A stretch of DNA of 64,000 nt. It comes from the human T2T-CHM13v2.0 reference genome, Homo sapiens. The notes under the pieces were generated by a model, which worked only from the letters and a program-made list of their open reading frames with translations, did not search any database and had not been told where the DNA came from. Made by a program: the position numbers and the translations under genes. Shown here in pieces: positions 34,004-56,550 of the stretch. Numbering within the stretch: the stretch's first letter is position 1; every line of letters starts with the position of its first letter. Location of the stretch: the NCBI RefSeq assembly GCF_009914755.1, contig NC_060927.1, one strand, 5' to 3'.

Positions 34004-34038
<35 letters not shown>

Positions 34039-34519
34039 TGAGAGAAGGTCCTGCTCCGTGGTCCAGGTTGGAGTGCAGTGGCTCAGTCACAGCTCACTAG
34101 CAGCCTCAACTTCCCAGGCTCAAGTGGTCCTCCTACCTCTGCCTTCTAAGTAGCTGGAACTACAGGTGCATGCCACCACACCAGAATAATTTTTTTTTTT
34201 TTTGGTAGAAACTGGAGTTTGCCATGTTGCCCAGGTTAGTATGTACAACGTTTATGCCCAGAGAAACCCATTAGAGACTCAGGGTCCGAGGTTTTTATTG
34301 GAGGCTGATCATGTAGGCACTCTACCAGATACCTAGCAGGTACCAAAATTTCAGACTCCCAGAAGGAAAACAGGTGTTGGCATAAACTTTATTGTTTACA
34401 CAGACTAGGCGGAATAAACCACCCTTATGAGTTGGGGAAAAGTGGGAATACTCTCAAAATCTAGTTCTGAGTTGTTGAGGGCCAACCTTGTATATAGGTT
34501 TTCCTAAAAATAGCATCCT

Positions 34520-34520
<1 letters not shown>
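33740..34520. mobile_element. MER21-like LTR fragments interrupted by an antisense Alu (34010-34240)
   Basis: gtccccaagactgcc...gattcattagaagg and ccaaaatttcagactcccagaaggaaa motifs. Confidence 0.6.
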
Positions 34521-35510
<990 letters not shown>

Positions 35511-35652
35511 TTGTTTTCAAGTAGATTCCCTGTTTAAAAATAATCTTGAATTCTTTATATTTCAATACTCCTAAATAATGTAATAAATACATATGTTAAA
35601 TTAGGTTAGAATTTCATTATGATCTCCTCACTAGATCTTCTCTCCGTGGCAG

Positions 35653-35796
35653 GATGCAGACTCATCTGAGCGTATCATTGCTCCCATGCGCTGGGGCTTG
35701 GTCCCTTCTTGGTTCAAAGAAAGTGATCCTTCCAAGCTGCAGTTCAATACTACCAACTGTCGTAGTGATACCGTAATGGAGAAACGGTCATTTAAG
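35653..35796 (+). CDS. HMCES: HMCES coding exon (144 nt)
   Basis: ggcag|GAT...AAG|gtaggt; [48 protein letters not shown] (SRAP RWGL-P-W and N-R motifs, Arg98). Confidence 0.97.
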
Positions 35797-35929
35797 GTAG
35801 GTGGCTGGTAGCTATTAGTGCCCCGTATACCTCAGAAATAAGGTTCCAAAGGGTGTTTCCATCCTAGCCTACAGAGGACAACCAAAAATAAATAAATAAC
35901 ACAAAAAAGAATGTTCCCAGTTGTTAATG

Positions 35930-36600
<671 letters not shown>

Positions 36601-36704
36601 AGTACCTATTTGTTAGAAAAGAGGTGATTGCTTTTATGTACATTATTTAATCTTTTCAACATCTATGTGAGTTGTGACTTTCTTTATACATAAGAAAAGA
36701 GAGT

Positions 36705-37006
36705 GGCCGGGCACGGTGGCTCACACCTATAATCCCAGCACTTTGGGAGGCCAAGATGGGCGGATCACGAGGTCAGGAGATCGAGACCATCCTGGCTAAC
36801 ACGGTGAAACCCCGTCTCTACTAAAAATACAAAAAATTAGCCGGGCGTGGTGGCGGACGCCTGTAGTCCCAGCTACTCGGGAAGCTGAGGCAGGAGAATG
36901 GCTTAAGTAAACCCAGGAGGTGGAGCTTGCAGTGAGCCGAGATCACGCCACTGCACTCCAGCCTGGGCGACAGAGCAAGACTCCGTCTCAAAAAAAAAAA
37001 AAAAAA
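36705..37006 (+). mobile_element. AluY-like
   Basis: gagatcgagaccatcctggctaacacggtg diagnostic; many CpGs retained. Confidence 0.95.
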
Positions 37007-37068
37007 GAAAAGAGAGGTACAGAGAAATTAAATAACTGTTTTAAGGTCATACATTGGCAGACCTCAGA

Positions 37069-37382
37069 TTTTATGTATTTATTTGTTTGTTTATTTATTT
37101 TGAGATGGAGTCTCATACTTTTGCCCAGGCTGGAGTGCAGTGGCATGATCTTGGCTCACTGCCACCTCTGCCTCCAAGTTCAAGTGATTCTCGTGCTTTA
37201 GCCTCCCAGGTAGCAGGGACTACAGGTGTGCACTACCACGCCCAGCTGATTTTTATATTTTTAGTAGAGATGGGCTTTCACCTTGTTAGCCAGGCTGGTC
37301 TCGAACTCCTGACCTCAAGTGATCCTCCCATCTCGGCCGCCCAAAGTGTTGGGATTACAGCCGTGAGCCACCCGCCTGGCCC
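37069..37382 (-). mobile_element. Alu
   Basis: Reverse consensus; acctcagatttta duplicated on both sides. Confidence 0.95.
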
Positions 37383-37477
37383 AAACCTCAGATTTTAATT
37401 CAAGTTCTCCAAGTAATGGCAGCCTGTGAAACATGATTGTATCACTAAGACCATATCTTGCTCACATTTTCCCTCAG

Positions 37478-37603
37478 GTGCCTCTGGGAAAGGGAAGACG
37501 CTGTGTCGTTTTAGCAGATGGATTCTATGAGTGGCAGCGATGTCAGGGAACAAACCAGAGGCAGCCATACTTCATCTATTTTCCTCAAATCAAGACAGAG
37601 AAG
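37478..37603 (+). CDS. HMCES: HMCES coding exon (126 nt)
   Basis: ctcag|GTG...AAG|gtatca; [19 protein letters not shown]... containing Glu127. Confidence 0.97.
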
Positions 37604-37719
37604 GTATCATTATCAGCATTCACAATATATATTTGGAAAGGCACAGGGAAACAAATTAATCCAAAGGACATTTTTTTCTTCCCCATAGTTTTATTTATTT
37701 ATTTTAAAATAACAGCTTT

Positions 37720-38570
<851 letters not shown>

Positions 38571-38573
38571 TCA

Positions 38574-39646
<1,073 letters not shown>

Positions 39647-40084
39647 CTAGCTGGCTTTAAGGAGTACTTTTATTAAAAAAATGTTTAGGGAGTGGATTCT
39701 GGGATTAGTAGGTGATTGGTGGAAGGAAAGGGGAGGCCTGGAAAGTCTTCAGGTATGTGCAGTTATCTCTTCCTGCCTCCATATAGGTCTCATGTGCAAA
39801 TTCAGGGGGAGTTAGTGTGAAATGTGGTGGAAATTCAGGCTGTGATATAAGCAAGCTTGTTTTGCATATACTCTAGTCAGTTATTGGTTCCAACCAATTC
39901 AGCCAGTTTTGTTATCTTACAAGCGGAGGGAGTTTCACTGTTTCAGCAAGTTATTTTCTTATGTGCTATCCTGTAAGCCCAAGAATTTAGTCATTGGTGT
40001 TTTTGTTTGTTTGTTTGTTTTTTAACTCTTTGGGGCAGTTTCAGTAGTCAAGAGAGTTTGCCTCACCCTCAGATAATTCCCTAT

Positions 40085-40198
40085 CAGTGATGGGTGCACC
40101 AAAATCTCAGAAATCACCACTAAAGAATTTATTCATGTAACCAGACACCACCTGTTCCCCAGAAACCTATTGAAATAAAACATAAATTAAAAAAGAAA
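40085..40198 (+). mobile_element. L1PB-like 3' end
   Basis: gatgggtgcaccaaaatctcagaaatcaccactaaagaa...cctattgaaataaaa and A-rich tail. Confidence 0.8.
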
Positions 40199-40360
40199 AT
40201 TCCCAGTCTAGCCAGTCTAGTAACACACAAATGATTTGGTACAAGACAAGATTAATTTATAAAACATCTATCAATTATAATAGCAAATATTAAGCACTTA
40301 CTACTAGTCAGTTACTCTTTCTAGGAACTTAATGTGTATTAGCTTAATATACATTAATTC

Positions 40361-43836
<3,476 letters not shown>

Positions 43837-45152
43837 TACAGTGCCTTTGTTTGACACAGGCTTTCAAGTGCTCTGGTGTTATCCAGTGTTTAGGGTAAGG
43901 ATTGACTTTCCAGAGGGTTTCTCAGCAGCCCTCCTCTCTTCAGTTGTTGGATTTTCCTGTGAGCCTGTGCCTTAGACATGGTCTTTCTTGTGCCCTTTTC
44001 CCTCTTCCAGAAGTAGACTGCTTCTGCTTGTCACTTAATGTTTGTCGGCTAAACGGGTGGAGGCAGTTCTCCGTTCAGTCTATCTTAAGCAGATGTGGCT
44101 CTCTGACTCAGTCTTCCCCAGGGCGTAGGGGGCTTTTTCTTTTTCTCCTTCCCCAGCCTCTGTGGGTCTTTACCTGATTCCTAGGCGTGACAGGGATTAT
44201 TATTATTACCGTTTCCCTGGCAGCTTAAGACTTTTGCTCCTTAGGGGAAAAGTGATTAGGTGAGGCAGAGGAGCTTGCCTTTAAGGTATTCAACAGTGAG
44301 GATGGCTTCCTCCAGGCTCCTGCCCTGTGCCGTCTTTTTCGAGCACTGGCAAAGTCCAAGGAGAAAAGCCTGTGAGCTGGTGCAAACTCCTCTGAGGTTT
44401 GCAGCTCCTAGGGATTCTGTACTATCCTGCTAGCCTGTACGCTGCTTGTAGAAATGTGATAATAACATTATCTGAATTCTTAACCTGGTTGTATGAAGGC
44501 TTGTGTCTCCCTCCTGATGCTGCCAATAAGCCAGTACTTGTGTCCCATTGCCCCTTGGAGGACCTTGTCTTTTCTTAAATTTCAGGGAAATTGATCGACT
44601 TACCTCTCTGATGAGTTTAAGAAAAGTTATAATTTTGCATATTATCCAGCTTTTTTCTTATTGTTAGAATAGAAGTGACGTTCTTTCCAGCTTTCTACAT
44701 TTTAGTCCTTGAATTGAATTTTGAATGGCAATTAGGAATTGGCATGAAATTCAATTCAATTAAGAAAGGGTGGGAAGGACATTTTGGGCAGAGGAAGGTT
44801 GCTTCAGCAAGACACAGGAGCATGAAATTGCATGAGAGCTTCATTTACCAACAGCTGGTTTGGGTTCAAATTAACAATGTAAGTAATAGCTAGAATGGTG
44901 GGCCAGTTCACGGAAGGCCTAAATGTCCAGTGAAGGTGTTAAATTCTGAAAGTATTAAGGAGCCATGAATCTATAGCTTCAGTTGGCATTTGCCACCAAC
45001 CTTCTTTCCTTTGGTGACAGAGGGGTTAATAAGACGTGGGCTGAATTACTTTTAAAATGATTTCCGTGCTCTCGAGTCTGAAGTAGTACCTAACCTGCAT
45101 GTAGAAGAAGTCTGCTGAGTGCATCTAATCTGCCCATATATTTTGCTTCCAG

Positions 45153-45334
45153 TCAGGTAGCATTGGTGCTGCAGATAGTCCTGAGAACTGGGAGAAAGTC
45201 TGGGACAACTGGAGGCTGCTGACAATGGCCGGGATCTTTGACTGCTGGGAGCCCCCAGAGGGAGGAGATGTCCTGTATTCCTATACCATCATCACAGTGG
45301 ATTCCTGCAAAGGCTTGAGTGACATCCACCACAG
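45153..45334 (+). CDS. HMCES: HMCES coding exon (182 nt) ending at a GC donor
   Basis: tccag|TCA...CAC CAC AG|gcaagt; [32 protein letters not shown]...SDIHHR (His210, Arg212). Confidence 0.95.
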
Positions 45335-45446
45335 GCAAGTCATACTTCTTAGCCCTGGATCCAAAAGGATCCAAAAGATGATTTGTCCTCTGCTTTTAGG
45401 TAGCTTTAGAGAGTAGGAAACCAAGTCATTTTACAACGTAAAGTTA

Positions 45447-47259
<1,813 letters not shown>

Positions 47260-47413
47260 TACTTGTATTCTACCTTTATACTTTCTGCCAGAGCTGAGTA
47301 CTCCCTGAAGTGATTTTTTGGAGTTCTCCTGAAAAGAATGCAGTGTGACACCTGTCAGGATTACCTGCTTTAGCCTTGTCCTAGGCTATATCTGTGAAAA
47401 TATGCTTTCATGT

Positions 47414-48062
<649 letters not shown>

Positions 48063-48747
48063 TTAAAAATTATATTTCATTTAATCTAAATCACCATTCA
48101 TTTAAAAATGTACCATTATTTTATACATTACAGTATTTAACATTATTTTATATGTTATGTATATATTTAGGAGACAAATGAACATTTGTCTGTATCTGAA
48201 TCAACTGTACCACCCAAAAAGTGTGTGCCACACTGCATTGGCCTGGGACATAAAACTGGAAGCTAAACCTAGTATATTTTCCTTACATCCTCTGGGTACC
48301 AGGAGTCATGTTTGACAGCTTCTCTGCTTTTCTGACGCATGGCTTCCTTTTGTTCACAATTTTCTTACTGTAAGTCTTTCAGAGGTGGTGAGGCTTGAGA
48401 TTGCTGTTGATAGACAAGTTTTCAAGATCTATTTTCCCTTCATTCTAGGCTGGGGTGTCATAGAAAGTTTACCAATTTACTAGAGTGGACACTGGAGTAC
48501 ACTAGACCAGTTAGTACTCTTCACTGTCTTTGCCATGAAACTTTATAACATGGCTCTCCAGGTGTTGAATCTGGTGCCCTGTCACCCTGTGCTCAGGGAA
48601 CACATGGCAGCAATCAGCATGTGAGGCGCAGAGGGAGGGCAAGCTCCCCTTGTGATATTTGAGGTATCAGCTGACTCAAGTCTCTCTCCCTTCTCTCCTT
48701 ATTCTCATGCTACCTCTCCCAACCATTGTCTTGACTTCCCTGGCCAG

Positions 48748-48940
48748 GATGCCTGCCATATTAGATGGAGAGGAGGCAGTTTCTAAATGGCTTGACTTTG
48801 GTGAAGTCTCAACTCAGGAAGCTCTGAAATTAATCCACCCAACAGAGAACATCACCTTCCATGCAGTCTCTTCTGTGGTGAACAACTCGCGAAACAACAC
48901 TCCTGAGTGTCTGGCTCCTGTCGACTTGGTGGTCAAAAAG
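48748..48940 (+). CDS. HMCES: HMCES coding exon (193 nt)
   Basis: gccag|G ATG CCT...AAG|gtaggg; completes the conserved HHRMPAIL motif; ...[21 protein letters not shown]. Confidence 0.97.
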
Positions 48941-49089
48941 GTAGGGGCCTGTGACTGGTACAGTCCTTTTTGAGCTTTCTGTCTTCTGTCAGTGTTCTCT
49001 TTCTTTCAGGATGTGGCCTTTTATGATCAGCCCTTTAATTTGGACCATCAAAAGCTCTCATACTCCTTGTACACAGCAAGGTAGTGTAG

Positions 49090-49715
<626 letters not shown>

Positions 49716-50269
49716 ACAGTGATGGTGAAAAAGACAAAGGAGCCCTTGATCATATTGTTTCTCCGTCCCCAACCATGATTTTTGGTGTCTCTTTTCTGTA
49801 TCTTTGCTTTCCGAACTACAAGTTGCAGGAGCTCCAGTCCTTAGTCTCCTTCAGGAGGATTTGAGAGCATTCCTACCATGAACCTTAACTTCTTAGAATC
49901 AGCAAGGATCCAGAGGGTGTATTTTAGGAAGGGAAGGCAAACAAACAGAAGGCCTGCAGTGGGGAGAGAAGTTCCAGAGCAAAAAGCTGGCCCCCACTGA
50001 CATTTGGGGGTAAGGATTTAGGAGTAGTGATTGTTTTTAGGTGGCATGGAGGGACTTAAAATAGGACATACTTGGAATGTTCCAAGAATAGACATTTTAG
50101 AATGCCGTGTTAAGGATGATTGTAAGAACAGCTGTCCCCCTCTCTATTTTTCTTAAAGTTTTTTCCATACCCACAGTGTCATCTTTTTTTCTTTTGTTTT
50201 GATTCTGATAAACTCCTGCAACCGTGGCACTTTTTAAAAATTAGATAACTCTAAAACTAATTCTATATA

Positions 50270-50491
50270 CAGGTTGAATATCCCTATCCAAAATGCTTGG
50301 GAACAGAAGTGTTTTAGATTTTGAATTTTTTCAAATTTTGGAATATTTGCATTATATACTTCCTAGCCGAATATCCTAAATCTGAAATGTACCAACAAGC
50401 ATTTCCTTTCAAAGTCATGTAAGCACTTAAAAAGTTTAGGATTTTGGAGCATTTTGGATCTTGGATTTTCAGGGTTAGGATGCTCAACCTG
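50270..50491. mobile_element. MER46/Tigger4-like MITE
   Basis: TA-flanked inverted termini caggttga...tcaacctg. Confidence 0.85.
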
Positions 50492-50531
50492 TATTCATTT
50501 TGGACTAGACGCTGCCCATTTCTGCCATGGT

Positions 50532-50843
<312 letters not shown>

Positions 50844-51386
50844 TGCCATGGTGTTTACTCCAAAAGATGTCACATTCTGGAGAGGTGGCATTGTGCTAAT
50901 TCAGAACCTTTCAGTTCAGGATTGGGGTGTGATGTAAAGGAAGCAGAAGGGAGTAGTGACAGTCAAGAAGAGGTTGTACAGATTGTCTGCACAAAGAGGA
51001 AACAATTTAGCCTTATCACAGTGGCTGTTAGAAATTCTTCTGTATCTCTCCAGTCTCGTTTTCCAACACTCCCCCTGGGTCATGCTGAATTACATTCTTT
51101 TCCCTGAGAATGCTTCATTCTCTGCACATTTGGAATGCCTTTCAGCTCTCTTCTCTGGCTGGTCCCACACAATCCTCTGTGAAACCTTCTCTAAGATCTA
51201 CTTTCCTGCCCCTTAGAGCACACTCCTCTCTTTCCACTCTTGACTGGTGGGCCCCAGCTGGCCCTTAGTAACATTTTCCAAGCCTGGGTAAGTACCTAAT
51301 GCCTCTTCCCCTGTTTCTTCCCTTGGACTTGGCCTTTTCCCAAAAGCTTGAGCTGTATGGTTTGAGCTTTTTCCTCTTTCTTGTAG

Positions 51387-51623
51387 GAGCTCAGGGCAAG
51401 TGGCAGTAGCCAGAGGATGTTGCAGTGGTTGGCCACAAAGTCACCCAAAAAGGAAGACTCAAAAACACCTCAAAAGGAAGAGTCAGATGTTCCCCAGTGG
51501 TCCAGTCAGTTCCTGCAGAAGAGTCCACTCCCCACCAAGAGAGGCACTGCAGGACTCCTAGAGCAATGGCTGAAGCGGGAGAAGGAGGAGGAACCTGTGG
51601 CCAAGCGTCCTTACAGCCAGTGA
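51387..51623 (+). CDS. HMCES: HMCES last coding exon to TGA
   Basis: tgtag|GAG; [15 protein letters not shown]...[22 protein letters not shown]; summed CDS 1065 nt = 354 aa. Confidence 0.97.
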
Positions 51624-52030
51624 CACAGGACTTTCAGAGACCAAGGCCAGGGTCTGCTGCACTGCTGTTCTGATAATAGGTTCTTAACATTGTATGTATA
51701 TGTGTTTGCTTTGGGAGGAGGTGGCACTGTGTTAGTTGACAGTTGTGGGCTCATGTAGTCTTTTTTGCCATGAGTAGGAGCCCCTAGTGGGGCTGGTGGA
51801 CAGCTTTGGAAGAGGTGTCCTGCTGCTGTTACCAGCCATGTGGGCCCCATAGGGGCACTGCGCCTGCTGCCCTTTCCTGGCAGGGCTGGTGGAGTCTTCC
51901 CTCAAAGCATGCCTTACCCAGCTGGGAAGTCTCTGCCCTGATCTGGTACTCCTTGTAGTAAGCTGTTTTCTGCTCAGCCACTGGGCTCTTTCACTTTTTT
52001 AGTTCTTAAAAATTTATTTTTAAGTTCTAA

Positions 52031-52077
52031 AATAAAATAAAAATAAGTTCTTAAAATTTATTTTTTTCCTGAATAAA
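52031..52077 (+). terminator. HMCES: HMCES proximal polyadenylation signal cluster
   Basis: AATAAA at 52031, 52036 and 52072. Confidence 0.8.
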
Positions 52078-52964
52078 TTGTATTTGGTAAACTTCTGCCT
52101 ACATTTTGGAAAGTGATGCTGGTGGGGAAAGTTCTAGATCTTACTTGGTTTCTTCTAGAATCAGTCTTCAGGAATGGATTTTGTCACAAATGGGGCATGG
52201 GGGCTTTCTGAGGAAATAACTACAAGTCTTGGTGGTGGGCTCCTTATTATGTTTCTTTTTCTTTCATTCTTGATACTTGGAAGTCGTCTGAATCCTTTAG
52301 CTTCAAACCAGCCTGAGTTTGAGTGCTTGCCGTAGCAGAAACTATCCTTACCACAGGTGGGAAGGAAAGGACCAGTTTCTAGCAGTGTCGGGCCACTCCT
52401 CTTTCGAACATCCCTAAGGGAGGCATTCACAAAAGCTGTCCCAAGCAGCTGGAAGAAAACAGCTTCCGAGATGACCAGGAGGACTGGGCGGCGCCGAGCC
52501 CAGAACGCTCCTGGCGCAGCACCGTTGGCGTTGGCCGATTGCTGCTGGTGGGGGGCGGGGGTGCAGGCCCCAGTCTCTATGCAAATCAGGGATCAGAAGA
52601 TCGGAATTTCCACCAATCAGCGGGAAGCCTCGGCCCTGTAACTGCTAATGGGAGACAGCAGCGCCACGCCACAGGCTTTTCCCCTGGTTTCGGGAGGGGT
52701 GGGGAGCCAGGTGGGGCTCCCGCCCAGACCCTTTCCCGAGGTCCGCCCTCTCCGCCTTTTCTCTAAATTCCTCTTTTGAGTGCCCTCCCTTCCGGTTGAG
52801 AGGCGGGGGTTGGCCCGTAGTTGTACACTCAGTCACCCTGCACTGTGGAGGCGGGGGCCTCCCTTGTGGACTGATTTGCGTGGGATTTGGTTGTTTTATT
52901 AAGAGATTTAAAAAATTCAGATGACTTACTAGTATGACTGTTTTGTCATATTTGCTTCCAGGTT

Positions 52965-52970
52965 AATAAA
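52965..52970 (+). terminator. HMCES: Candidate distal HMCES polyadenylation signal
   Basis: AATAAA followed by a T/GT-rich tract (tttgtttttc). Confidence 0.55.
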
Positions 52971-53152
52971 TGACAAAAATGAAATTCCCTTTGTTTTTCA
53001 TTATCATCTCCCCACTGTTTCTCATGGTTGCAAATTAGTTTGGTGAGGTCTTTTCATTTTAACATGAAAGAATATAATGCCTGCAGGGGCTTGTTTCCTT
53101 TTCATTCAAGTTTTTATACTTTCATATAAACGTGATGTTAGAAGCAAATCCT

Positions 53153-53519
<367 letters not shown>

Positions 53520-54412
53520 TCATCTTGGGCATTCTGCAACTTCTTTTTCTCTAAGTCATCAGCTTTACTAGGTATTGCCAAATTGCTCTCCAAATTTTCA
53601 CATATTTCAGGGGCATAAGAATCTTCATTTTCCCACCTTGCCAACATTTAATCCTGCTTACTAGAGCAATGGAACATCTTCCCGTCTTTTGTTCTTAGTC
53701 AAATCTGGACCAAACAGGGTAGCTCCCACCTGCCTGTCTAGGTGTGGCCAGGTGGAGCCAGGCCCTCTACCAATCTCTGGCGCAGGTGGGGGCAGGCCTA
53801 GGATGTGGCCATCTGGCCCCTCTGCTTGGCTCCCAGATAGCAGTCCTTCCCACCTCCCTCCCTTTCACCCTCTAGCAGTGACCAGGCTTGGCTCTAAGTC
53901 TTAAGGGTATGCTTCCCTGCACTGTAGCCTTAGAGGAGGCAGAGGGTCCCTGGGATTTCTGGTCCTGATGGATACAGGTGCCTGCCCCTCAGTCCTGTCT
54001 GCAAGTCCATCTTGATCCATTGTCTCATGCAAGGCTTGTATGCCTAAAGCCAAACCTGCTTTGTATAGAGGTGGAAACAGACCCAGGCAAGCGCATATGG
54101 CTTGACATAGGTAAGTTAAGGACAAGTCCACGGGACTCCTGGCTTGGGAGTAGTGTATCAGCTTGGGGAAGTTGGATGAGATCTTGCTTGTAGCCAAGAA
54201 GAGTCTGGAGGGTGGGTGTCGTGGGGGGAACCAGAGGCAGTAAGGGAGGTCTCAGACTCCTAGATTCCTACCTGGGCCTGTAGGAGCTCCCCATTCTTAC
54301 CTGGGCCTCTTTCTTCTCAACCAGAGTGAGGAACAAGTGATGGGAAGGGTTGAACCTCATTCCCTGGGGATAGGAGCTTTGGCTCAGGCTCCTCTGAGTA
54401 CTGTCTGCCTGA

Positions 54413-54730
<318 letters not shown>

Positions 54731-55154
54731 CCAAACCCCTGTCCTACCACAGAAAGTTGTAAAAGGCAGAGTCTTTCACAGTCCCTAACCAAGGCAGCCA
54801 GAAGAAGGATAGGGGTTGGGAGAGCCAAGAAGAGGCGAGCAAGAAAAGGAGCCTCTGGGAGGGCATATTTATAAGGTGCACTGGGCAAGGCTCTGGGGTC
54901 CTAATGACAACCCTCTATGGAGAGGTTGTTACCCAGGTGTAGACACTCAGCACTGGCAGATAGGTCTCTGGCTTTCACTAGTGTATGGCTACCTTTGGTT
55001 GAGTCCCCTTCAGGACATCATCATTTGGGGCTTCTTGTCTTGTGAAGTGGCCAGAAGTGTCCTCATAGAAGATCCAGTTGTGAAATCTCAAAGCTGGGGG
55101 ACTTCAGGCCACATTTAGCTCACACAGTGATTTTGTTTGGCCCATACAATATAT

Positions 55155-56550
<1,396 letters not shown>

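Noticed and set aside
52161-52430. 89-aa - strand ORF downstream of the promoter-like element
   Set aside because: Starts at GTG rather than ATG and has no recognisable homology
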